DNA from: an uncultured virus (IMG/VR IMGVR_UViG_2663763079_000004)
Lineage: Duplodnaviria; Heunggongvirae; Uroviricota; Caudoviricetes
Virus record (IMG/VR): IMGVR_UViG_2663763079_000004
Location: 62,001-96,864 of that record
Strand: one strand, 5' to 3'
DNA length: 34,864 nt
Notes under the pieces: generated by a model
The model's input: the letters and a program-made list of their open reading frames with translations, nothing else
What the model was told of the DNA's origin: nothing
Database searches by the model: none
Position numbers and translations under genes: made by a program
Shown: in pieces, positions 1-6,913 of the stretch
Position numbering within the stretch: position 1 is the first letter of the stretch
Layout of the letters: each line of letters begins with the position of its first letter

Positions 1-79
1 AAGAGCACCTGCGGCTGCAATCCGCCCGGGTGGATTGGGTTATGAGCCCGTCGCCCGGTGATGCTCTTGTGTCTTGTGT

Positions 80-137
80 AAAAAGGGCGGTACCAGAAAC
101 AAAGGGAAACTGGCACCGCCAAAACTTCACACAGCTT
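80..137 (-). ncRNA. dicF: DicF-like small RNA with intrinsic terminator
   Basis: Minus strand reads TTTTGGCGGTGCCAGTTTCCCTTTGTTTCTGGTACCGCCCTTTTT, close to recalled E. coli DicF (TTTGGCGGTATCAGTTTTACTCC...GCCGCCC then U-run). 11-bp stem with a G-U pair only on this strand; located in the leftward early operon as in the Qin dicB operon. 5' end approximate. Confidence 0.65.
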
Positions 138-310
138 TCGTTACAGGTACTACGGGTTACCACGCTGGCTACGTGATGGGGTTGTGACACCAGGTCGCTA
201 ATCTGCTTACTTCCCGCCGCTCTGTTTTGGTATTGGCAACCAGTTAATGTTGCTCAGTCGATTTCCGGGTCTTTGCGTAGACCGGCGCTGCAGTACGCTT
301 GTACACGTCA

Positions 311-404
311 CAACGAGGAGAGCACTGATACGATTAGCTATTGCGTTCGGATCGGCTTACGGCTTGTGTGTTTGCCCGTTCACCGCCAATGCTCTCATCT
401 GTTG
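311..404 (-). other. Long stem (GAGAGCAUUG/CAGUGCUCUC) closing a loop; putative RNase III site
   Basis: 318-327 pairs with 387-396 (U-G wobble on - strand); 311-314 pairs with 401-404. Confidence 0.5.
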
Positions 405-580
405 CGTCCCGGACTCTTCCCGGGCGTCACACCTTTTCGCCACGCTGGTGGGGCGCACGTCGTGCCTGAAACACTTAGCTTGCACATTCTTCCGGAATTC
501 CTGAGAGCGCATGGATAAAGGTAACTCTCTGGCGGCTCACGCTGCATGTGCCATACAGCGGTTGCGAATATTGCCGTTCA

Positions 581-654
581 CAACTGGAAGCGCACTCCTT
601 CAGTAACAAACCAGTCCCCACGACCGATGGAAGATGGAATGCGCTTTCATGTTG
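581..654 (-). other. Long stem (GAAAGCGCAUUCC/GGAGUGCGCUUCC) closing a loop; putative RNase III site
   Basis: 581-598 is near-complementary to 637-654; wobble favours the - strand; arm sequence resembles the stems at 1-68 and 311-404. Confidence 0.5.
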
Positions 655-721
655 CGTGCCTGCTTTTACCCACATCAGGCGAGGTGGATCCTGGTTATTC
701 CACAACAACAAGGATTCGGGT

Positions 722-1284
722 AATCTGGATGACTCTGGTCTAATTGGTTGAAATAAAGTGGAACTACTTTCTTTAAGGAATATGCTTTTATCTTTGGCAT
801 TGATACTTCCGATGGCGTCAAACGCTTCTGATGCTTCAGACCAACCAAGCAGTAGTCTAAGTGATGGCGTTGAAACCTTTTCAATTGCCTGCTTTGGTAT
901 GCCTCAACAGACAACTATCGATATGGATGCATGCTTAGGGGCTCAATTGACTCAGGTTGAATGGGTTAAGGACAAGTACCTGGTAACAGCCCAAAATCGT
1001 TTAAAACAAGACAATAAAGATGACCCTCAGCATCTACAGGAACTGACCACTGCTTTTGAGGCTGAAAATAAAGCATGGACTGATTTAATCGAGAGAGCTT
1101 CGGCGTCAGTGAAAGTTGATTATGCCGGCGGCACGATCGTTGGTTCGGAAGTTACAACACGCAAAATTGGTCTGTATGAATTACAAGTGCATGATATCTG
1201 GGAGCACTGGTTGCGATTTGAGGATTCAACACCTCCACTGTTACCAGAACCCAAGTTTAAATCTGACCAATAGTCATCCAGATT
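722..1284. repeat. Inverted repeat flanking the 758..1273 gene
   Basis: AATCTGGATGACT (722-734) is the exact reverse complement of AGTCATCCAGATT (1272-1284); pairing extends imperfectly (TGGTC 736-740 / GACCA 1265-1269). Confidence 0.9.
758..1273 (+). CDS. Exported protein, LprI/DUF1311 (lysozyme-inhibitor-like) family; moron
   Basis: Hydrophobic signal-like N-terminus (LLSLALILPMASNA), C-x6-TTIDMDAC motif and later AW typical of DUF1311; own terminator; opposite to the pL operon. Alternative start ATG 782. Confidence 0.6.
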   Translation: MELLSLRNMLLSLALILPMASNASDASDQPSSSLSDGVETFSIACFGMPQQTTIDMDACLGAQLTQVEWVKDKYLVTAQNRLKQDNKDDPQHLQELTTAFEAENKAWTDLIERASASVKVDYAGGTIVGSEVTTRKIGLYELQVHDIWEHWLRFEDSTPPLLPEPKFKSDQ

Positions 1285-1294
1285 GTTAAAGAGC
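1283..1294 (-). promoter_or_regulatory. boxA antitermination element in the pL transcript
   Basis: Minus strand GCTCTTTAACAA matches the boxA consensus, about 100 nt downstream of pL. Confidence 0.8.
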
Positions 1295-1295
1295 T

Positions 1296-1319
1296 AAGCG
1301 TCCTACGGGGCGCTTTTTT
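1296..1319 (+). terminator. Rho-independent terminator of the LprI-like moron
   Basis: AAGCGTCC-TACG-GGGCGCTT then T-run. Confidence 0.8.
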
Positions 1320-1326
1320 CATATCT

Positions 1327-1388
1327 GCGAATCATCCCGGTCTTCGTATGCCCCGGTCGGCTACTTCGTGGGCGTCCTGCCTGTTCGC
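1327..1388 (-). ncRNA. Candidate structured RNA at the 5' end of the pL transcript
   Basis: GCGAACA/UGAUUCGC closing stem with two internal hairpins (GGC/GCC, CCGG/CCGG), each loop carrying ACGAAG. Confidence 0.4.
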
Positions 1389-1401
1389 TGTCGATGGATT
1401 A

Positions 1402-1475
1402 ATAATACAGATAAAACTGTTAATTCGTCAACAGTCAAAACTGTTTTTAGTGGTGGTGTTTACTATAAAAACTGT
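1402..1475 (-). promoter_or_regulatory. pL promoter with operators OL1-OL3
   Basis: -35 TTGACG (1431-1426), 18-bp spacer, -10 TATTAT (1407-1402); ACAG-N6-CTGT at 1407-1420 and 1431-1444, degenerate copy ACTA-N6-CTGT at 1462-1475. Confidence 0.85.
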
Positions 1476-1506
1476 AATTTATTGTTTTTTATGAAACTAA
1501 AGACGT

Positions 1507-1529
1507 AAAAAAACCGGCGCTGGCCGGTT
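1507..1529 (-). terminator. Terminator downstream of cI
   Basis: AACCGGC-CAGC-GCCGGTT followed by T-run on the - strand. Confidence 0.8.
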
Positions 1530-1544
1530 CATGTGAGGAAGGAT

Positions 1545-2177
1545 TTACCTTTTTCGCCTGTAAATTCTATGTTCGACCATTACGCCGATAATTTTCAACG
1601 GGCGTTCAGAGCTATTAATGGTGGGGTAGTCGTCATTGAGGGGGACCAGTTCATATTGCTGGCGGCCTGAAATATCAGTAAATGTAGGACGGTATTTTTT
1701 AAAAGTAGCTTCATTATCACCATTTTTAGCAACAACAAACTCGCCCGGAACTGGCTCTAACTCTGGATCAACAATGATAATATCGCCTTCTTTAAAGTCA
1801 GGCTCCATTGAATCACCTTCTATCCTTAGTGCAAAAGTAAACTCAGAAATATCAATGTCTGTCATGATGTATTCGAAGCTACCATCAAATGCATCAATAG
1901 GGTTTTTTTCTGCTAATGCCCCAGCTTGGACGTAACTGATCAAAGGCACTTTCCTTGAATTCACATCGGCAAGAGCCATGAAAGGCCCACCGTTCATCAA
2001 CCATGTTGGGTCACACTTAAGTGCTTTGCTTATTCCTACAATGTTGCGAGGCTTTTTAGTTTTACCATCCTCAATGCTGGCCCATGATTGTTGCCTTATT
2101 CCTGCCTTTTCAGCTGCTTGCTCTTGAGTAAGACCAAGTTCGATTCTTTTTTGCTTTACGCGTTCTGCAAGGCTCAT
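1545..2177 (-). CDS. cI: Phage repressor CI, 434-like (HTH + S24 autopeptidase)
   Basis: N-terminus closely parallels 434 repressor (RVKQKRIELGL..QQS..EDGKTKKPR); VQAG cleavage site, GDSM and TFKK catalytic motifs. Confidence 0.95.
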   Translation of the reverse strand: MSLAERVKQKRIELGLTQEQAAEKAGIRQQSWASIEDGKTKKPRNIVGISKALKCDPTWLMNGGPFMALADVNSRKVPLISYVQAGALAEKNPIDAFDGSFEYIMTDIDISEFTFALRIEGDSMEPDFKEGDIIIVDPELEPVPGEFVVAKNGDNEATFKKYRPTFTDISGRQQYELVPLNDDYPTINSSERPLKIIGVMVEHRIYRRKR

Positions 2178-2206
2178 AGCTCCTCCATTCCCATGGCCTC
2201 ATGGTC

Positions 2207-2265
2207 ACAGTTTAAACTGTGATTGACAAACAGTAGTATCTGTTCAAAAATACAGATAAAACTGT
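2207..2265 (+). promoter_or_regulatory. pR/pRM region with operators OR3, OR2, OR1
   Basis: ACAG-N6-CTGT at 2207-2220, 2230-2243 and 2252-2265; -35 TTGACA (2223-2228), 17 bp, AAAAAT (2246-2251); same layout as recalled for phage 434 pR. Confidence 0.9.
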
Positions 2266-2274
2266 GGAGGTGTT

Positions 2275-2505
2275 ATGGAATCAATTTCTCAAAGATTAAA
2301 GAATAAACGTGAAGAGATGAATCTCTCACAGGCGCAATTGGCTGAATTGGTCGGAATGACCCAGCAGTCATTACAAGCGATCGAGGCGGGTTTTACAAAG
2401 AGGCCCCGTTACATCATCGAATTGTCTTCAGCCCTGCATTGCGATCCTCATTGGTTGCTCTATGGCGAGGGTGCTAATCAGAACGATAGCGCTTCAGGGG
2501 TGTAA
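2275..2505 (+). CDS. cro: Cro repressor, 434-like
   Basis: QQSLQAIEAGFTKRPRY..LHCDPHWLLYG parallels 434 Cro; divergent from cI; GGAGG RBS. Confidence 0.93.
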   Translation: MESISQRLKNKREEMNLSQAQLAELVGMTQQSLQAIEAGFTKRPRYIIELSSALHCDPHWLLYGEGANQNDSASGV

Positions 2506-2560
2506 CAGAAACCACAGAGATAAGGGATAAGCCGTGGGTGTCAAGTCAGCGCAGGAAACG

Positions 2561-3010
2561 ATGAAGAAGCAACCTTACATCAGTGCAGGTGATTTATCTC
2601 CAGAGGAGTTAAGACTCTGGCTGAACCGTGTTGCAGATTCAGCCGGTGTAAAAACCGATGGCATGTTTGAGATCGTAAGCAGTCTGCGCCTGCTGGCGGA
2701 TGAACTGAAAAAGCCGCTGGAAACCATCCAGGTAAAGATTACTTACCTTTCAAGCCCGGAAATAATTCGTTCGGAAGATCATTCCAACTCAACTCAGGAA
2801 GACCTTCGCCTACTTCGTGAGATTCAGCAATCAGTTCACGATTTCCGTCAATCCATTGATTCATTGACTCTTCAGATTTCAGAAACCCGTCGCTGGCCGC
2901 TACCTGTTGACTGGCTAAACACGGACCCAGGAGTTTCAGAGCAAGAGAAGCGGGAATATTTTCAAGGGATAAAAACACAACCCCAGAGTGGGCATGAAGC
3001 AAATGAATGA
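2561..3010 (+). CDS. Hypothetical phage protein
   Basis: ATG 2561 with AGGA RBS, co-oriented after cro; 3' half overlaps an antisense gene. Confidence 0.5.
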   Translation: MKKQPYISAGDLSPEELRLWLNRVADSAGVKTDGMFEIVSSLRLLADELKKPLETIQVKITYLSSPEIIRSEDHSNSTQEDLRLLREIQQSVHDFRQSIDSLTLQISETRRWPLPVDWLNTDPGVSEQEKREYFQGIKTQPQSGHEANE

Positions 3011-3206
3011 TCGCTTCCCGGCTGTTCAGGTTGAGTTCTGGATTTTCAATTTTGTACTGGCGGGTGACCGCATAAAGTCTGGTGAGTTGAATCGAACGGG
3101 CGGCAATCAGGTTCTGTAGCCAATACCCGACTTCCTCCCGATAGGTATTCGCATAACTCGCCATGAGGGAATTTTTAATTGAAACGTACGCAGATTGCAA
3201 AGTCAT
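2739..3206 (-). CDS. Hypothetical protein, antisense moron (155 aa)
   Basis: ATG 3206 preceded by AAGGAGG; candidate promoter TTGGTG-17-TATTCT (3271-3243). Confidence 0.65.
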   Translation of the reverse strand: MTLQSAYVSIKNSLMASYANTYREEVGYWLQNLIAARSIQLTRLYAVTRQYKIENPELNLNSREAIIHLLHAHSGVVFLSLENIPASLALKLLGPCLASQQVAASDGFLKSEESMNQWIDGNRELIAESHEVGEGLPELSWNDLPNELFPGLKGK

Positions 3207-3286
3207 GTTGAACCTCCTTCGGTTCTTAGTCGTGGAAAACCAAGAATATCCGAAGGAAGGTTCGGCACCAACAGAGGTATTGAACA

Positions 3287-3835
3287 ATGAATGAACCTGA
3301 ATGGAAAGTGGATAAGCAGCCGGCATGGCTGGTGGCCTCTATAAAAAAAACGATCACTGATTTGGACGGTGGTTACGTGGAAGCAGCGGAGTGGCTGGGC
3401 GTTACTGAAAATGCATTGTTTAACCGTTTACGCGCCGATGGTGATCAGATTTTTCCTCTCGGCTGGGCAATGGTTCTGCAGCGTGCTGGTGGATCAAACC
3501 ACATTGCCAATGCGATAGCACGCCATTCGAACGGGGTATTCGTGCCACTGGCCGATATCGAGGAAGTTGACAATGCCGATATTAACCAGCGCTTGATGGA
3601 GTCGATCGAGTGGATAGGAAAACACTCGCAGTATCTACGCAAAGCCACTGCTGACGGTGTTATTGACCAGGCCGAACGTGAGCAGATCGAGGAGAACAGT
3701 TACCAGGTCATGGCGAAATGGCAGGAGCATTTAACGTTACTTTTCCGTGTATTTTGTCAGCCAGAAAAGAGTGACGCCCGCGAGTGTGCAGCTCCGGGCG
3801 TCGTGGCAGATAAATCAACGTGTATGGAGAAATAA
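3287..3835 (+). CDS. YmfL-family regulatory protein (CII position)
   Basis: WKVDKQPAWLV..GGY.EAAEWLGVTENALFNRLRADGDQIFPLGWAM is characteristic of e14 YmfL/SfV homologues. Confidence 0.85.
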   Translation: MNEPEWKVDKQPAWLVASIKKTITDLDGGYVEAAEWLGVTENALFNRLRADGDQIFPLGWAMVLQRAGGSNHIANAIARHSNGVFVPLADIEEVDNADINQRLMESIEWIGKHSQYLRKATADGVIDQAEREQIEENSYQVMAKWQEHLTLLFRVFCQPEKSDARECAAPGVVADKSTCMEK

Positions 3836-4007
3836 TCCGCATGAGCAATTTAATCGTAAATCTCAGGTTACCGCAACTACGTATGCGTCCGGTGACGGGA
3901 GCTGCGCTGTTTCGGTATGAACGCATGGTATGCGGTAAATGGGTTTCATGTAACCACAGCCGGGCAACGGCAATTGTGGGGGTCTTTAACCGGAGGGTAA
4001 AAGCGTT

Positions 4008-4187
4008 ATGCGCGAAGTTAACCGAAAGTTCAGAGACCACTATGGCAAGCCCGTCAGAGTCATACGGTGGGAACGTGAGACCAATCGTGTCATTTACCTC
4101 AGGGAAGGCTATCCGCACGAGTGTTTTAGCCCACTCGATCAGTTTCAACGAAAATTCAGGGAAGTAGAGGGCAGCCATGAGCAGTAA
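4008..4187 (+). CDS. DUF4222-like small protein (59 aa, absent from the ORF track)
   Basis: Hand translation MREVNRKFRDHYGKPVRVIRWERETNRVIYLREGYPHECFSPLDQFQRKFREVEGSHEQ; GGAGG RBS; overlaps the rep start. Confidence 0.8.
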   Translation: MREVNRKFRDHYGKPVRVIRWERETNRVIYLREGYPHECFSPLDQFQRKFREVEGSHEQ

Positions 4188-5088
4188 ATTACACGGTCTG
4201 GTATGGGAAGCCTGTGCTTTCAAAGGCCTGATCATATCTGAAATAGCGGTCATGGCCCGCCTGGCTGACTTCAGCAACGACGAAGGAATATCGTGGCCTG
4301 CTGTGACAACTATTCAGCGACAGATCGGGGCAAAGAGCGAGAACACTGTTCGAAGCGCCATTAAAAAACTTCAGGCGAAAGGGTGGCTGAAGAAGCAGGA
4401 GCGTCGCGTAGGCGGCAAGAATAATTCGAACGTCTACAAACTCAACGTCGATATGCTGGAACGTGCAGCAGCTGAAGCAAAACTCTTCTACGCAACCCCG
4501 CGTGAACAATCAAAATTTGATGCCTCAGAAATTGAGGGTTCAAAATTTGAGGGGTCAAATTCTGATGCCTCAAATAATGGGTCTGCATCCCCTCAAATAT
4601 TGCCGGGGGACCCCTCAATGGTTGAAGGCGATCCGTCATTAGATCCGTCATTAGATCCGTCATCTAAAAAACCTTCTTGTCGGGCTCCTGCGGAACCCGA
4701 CGATAAGCCGGATCCTGAAGTGGTAATCACTGACCATGCGATCGAAGTTCTGACGCATCTGAATCAGGTCAGTGGCTCCCGGTTTCAGAAGTCAAAAACT
4801 TCCCTCGAAAACATTCGGGCACGTCTACGTGAGGGGCATACGGTTCCAGATCTGAAACTCGTTATCGACGTTAAGCATGAGCATTGGCATGGCAACGACG
4901 AGCAATACCAGTATATGCGCCCCGAGACGCTTTTTGGTCCTAAAAAATTCGAAGGCTATCTGCAGAGCGCTATCCGCTGGGATGCTAAAGGGCGACCACC
5001 ACGGGAATGCTGGGACAGAAGTAAGCCGCGGGATATCAACCAAATTGGTGCAGTGCAAACGACCATACCGAAGGGGTTTCGTGGATGA
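4177..5088 (+). CDS. Phage replication initiator (N-terminal wHTH, conserved phage C-terminal domain)
   Basis: ARLADFSNDEG.SWP HTH start, internal iterons, YMRPETLFGPKKFEGYL C-terminal motif, IPKGFRG end. Confidence 0.9.
   Translation: MSSKLHGLVWEACAFKGLIISEIAVMARLADFSNDEGISWPAVTTIQRQIGAKSENTVRSAIKKLQAKGWLKKQERRVGGKNNSNVYKLNVDMLERAAAEAKLFYATPREQSKFDASEIEGSKFEGSNSDASNNGSASPQILPGDPSMVEGDPSLDPSLDPSSKKPSCRAPAEPDDKPDPEVVITDHAIEVLTHLNQVSGSRFQKSKTSLENIRARLREGHTVPDLKLVIDVKHEHWHGNDEQYQYMRPETLFGPKKFEGYLQSAIRWDAKGRPPRECWDRSKPRDINQIGAVQTTIPKGFRG
4510..4665. repeat. Putative replication origin iterons within rep
   Basis: Five 15-bp units starting TCA(A/G)A (4510-4584, e.g. TCAAAATTTGATGCC) and three 12-bp GATCCGTCAT(TA/CT) repeats (4630-4665). 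Confidence 0.8.
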
Positions 5089-5543
5089 ACATTACTCAAA
5101 TGGCCTTTGAATTCATTGCTAAAAACCCAGATCAGAAAATGCGCGATATCATTGCCGCCTTTCCTGACTGCAAACCTGTTTCTGTGAAAAGTGCCGTATA
5201 TCGCCTGTACACAGAAGGGCGCCTGGAGACCAAAGCAACCTCATGCGGTTTTATTTATCGAGTCATCAATGATGCATCCTGCTGCGATGACCTACAGGAC
5301 GACTTTAAGTCCAGAGGCAACCTGGAACAGGAAAAAGCCGCTAAAAAACTCGAAGAGCGCAGTCTGTATCGCCGGGCCGCTACTGTGTGGCACCAACTCA
5401 GTACCTCAAGCTGCAGCCAGAAAACTCTTGAGTATTACATTCGTCAGAAAAATGCCTGCCTCCGGAAAGCACGCATGGGGAAATCACACACTGAGTGTCT
5501 GTTAGCCGGGAATTACTGCGGAGGTGATCTGTGCATCGACTGA
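5085..5543 (+). CDS. PerC-family transcriptional regulator with N-terminal wHTH
   Basis: AKKLEERSLYRRAATVW PerC motif; position after rep. Confidence 0.75.
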   Translation: MNITQMAFEFIAKNPDQKMRDIIAAFPDCKPVSVKSAVYRLYTEGRLETKATSCGFIYRVINDASCCDDLQDDFKSRGNLEQEKAAKKLEERSLYRRAATVWHQLSTSSCSQKTLEYYIRQKNACLRKARMGKSHTECLLAGNYCGGDLCID

Positions 5544-6913
5544 ACACGACCAGCGAAGGGGAAATGCTGGTGGATGAGGCCGAACTCCCAATCACCAGAA
5601 GCCAATACTGTGATGCTCTTGATGCATTACGTGCTGCACCTGCCCACTATCTCAAGGAGGTCGGCGACCAGTGGAGAACGCCCGATCTGTTGTTCTGGGG
5701 GGTTAACGCTATGTATGGCCCGCTGGTTTTGGACCTCTTTGCAGACGAAAGCAATGCAAAATGCCCTGCGTGGTACTCAGCAAAAGACAATGCCCTGACG
5801 CAGGACTGGGCGGGGCGACTGATAGAACTCGGCGGCGCGGCATTTGGAAATCCGCCGTATAGCCGTTCTCAGTATCACGAAAAGCAAGCGATCACAGGCA
5901 TGACCCACATCATGAGTTATGCATACGCTCAGCGTGAAAAGGGTGGTCGTTATGTCTTTCTGGTGAAGTCAGCGACGAGTGAGACGTGGTGGCCAGAAGA
6001 TGCGGATCATGTATGTTTTATCCGCGGTCGCATCGGTTTCGATCTGCCTACCTGGTTTAAGCCGGCGGACGATAAGCAGAAGCCGACCAGCGCCTTCTTT
6101 GCCGGGGCGATTGTTGTATTCGATAAGTCATGGCGAGGTGAGCGCTTTAGCTATATCGATCGTGTGGCTCTTGAAGCGAAGGGGCGCGCGAGTATGGCCC
6201 TTGCCCAGTATGCCGTGGGTAAACAGGCAACAGCTCCAGTAATGGATCAGCCTCAGACAGAGCAAGCTGAAACTGAAATCCCGCTTCTTCAGGACGAAAT
6301 CCTCGCAAAAAGCGGCATACGATCCTGGGCCTGCGTGGTTGCGGCTTTTGGAGATAAAGCCGAGTACACCTTTGCCGAGTCGAAGTTTGGTCATACCTGG
6401 GCGGCTGATTCAGTGGATAAACCGGAGTTTACGCCGGTTAACTCAGAAACGATCGCCACAGCTCAATCCCTGATCATCAAACAGACAGCGAAACAAGCGC
6501 TGGTGGGCTGGCTTAACGGAGTTGATCTCGAATCCACAACTGCACGTGAAGAAGCCATAGAACGCATGAACTCGGTGTATGCAGAGTTTGTCGACACATG
6601 CTCTGTAACTGAGTTCATCGATATTGTCAGCAGTCTGGATAAAACGAGCTGGTTCAACAGCAGACTGATCCGCACTCATGTTCGGGAAGCTCTCTCAGTT
6701 GCTAAACAGGCCTTACCCGAAAGCCGGATATGGCCACTGGAAGTAGGCCTGGTGTTTGAGCGAGTCGAAGGCGTGCACCATCTTAACGAGTCTCAGCAAA
6801 ACAAACTGAAAGCACACATCAATCAGCTGTGGCTTGAGCGTACGCCCAGTACCGAAATCATAACTATTGCCAGCGGGCTGGTCAGCAGCATGCAGGGGGT
6901 TAGCCATGCGTGA
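5531..6913 (+). CDS. Phage N6-adenine DNA methyltransferase (Dam-type) with long C-terminal extension
   Basis: DQWRTP, LDLFA, NPPYS, FIRGRIGF motifs. Confidence 0.9.
   Translation: MHRLNTTSEGEMLVDEAELPITRSQYCDALDALRAAPAHYLKEVGDQWRTPDLLFWGVNAMYGPLVLDLFADESNAKCPAWYSAKDNALTQDWAGRLIELGGAAFGNPPYSRSQYHEKQAITGMTHIMSYAYAQREKGGRYVFLVKSATSETWWPEDADHVCFIRGRIGFDLPTWFKPADDKQKPTSAFFAGAIVVFDKSWRGERFSYIDRVALEAKGRASMALAQYAVGKQATAPVMDQPQTEQAETEIPLLQDEILAKSGIRSWACVVAAFGDKAEYTFAESKFGHTWAADSVDKPEFTPVNSETIATAQSLIIKQTAKQALVGWLNGVDLESTTAREEAIERMNSVYAEFVDTCSVTEFIDIVSSLDKTSWFNSRLIRTHVREALSVAKQALPESRIWPLEVGLVFERVEGVHHLNESQQNKLKAHINQLWLERTPSTEIITIASGLVSSMQGVSHA

Noticed and set aside
1..68. Multi-branched fold as a possible tRNA
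   Set aside because: No T-loop (TTCGA), D-loop or CCA signature; its closing stem belongs to the leader's repeated stem family.
1..720. CRISPR array
   Set aside because: No identical direct repeats at regular spacing and no cas genes; only short degenerate stems.
247..914. Short ORFs in the left leader (247..504, 273..518, 475..711, 546..743, 548..751, 675..914)
   Set aside because: Mutually overlapping, no clear RBS, odd composition; the region is better explained as structured RNA. Very small - strand peptides cannot be excluded.
722..1294. Integron cassette (attC) or IS element around the LprI-like gene
   Set aside because: No transposase or integrase, no target duplication seen, no attC palindrome; the GTTAAAG is the reverse strand of boxA.
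3708..4277. ORFs 3708..4277 (-) and 3820..4167 (+)
   Set aside because: They overlap YmfL, rep and the recognisable 59-aa gene at 4008..4187; likely shadows, though the 5' part of the + ORF could encode a small real protein.
4510..4665. Tandem repeats as a contingency locus or novel array
   Set aside because: Their position inside the initiator gene is the ordinary lambdoid origin arrangement.
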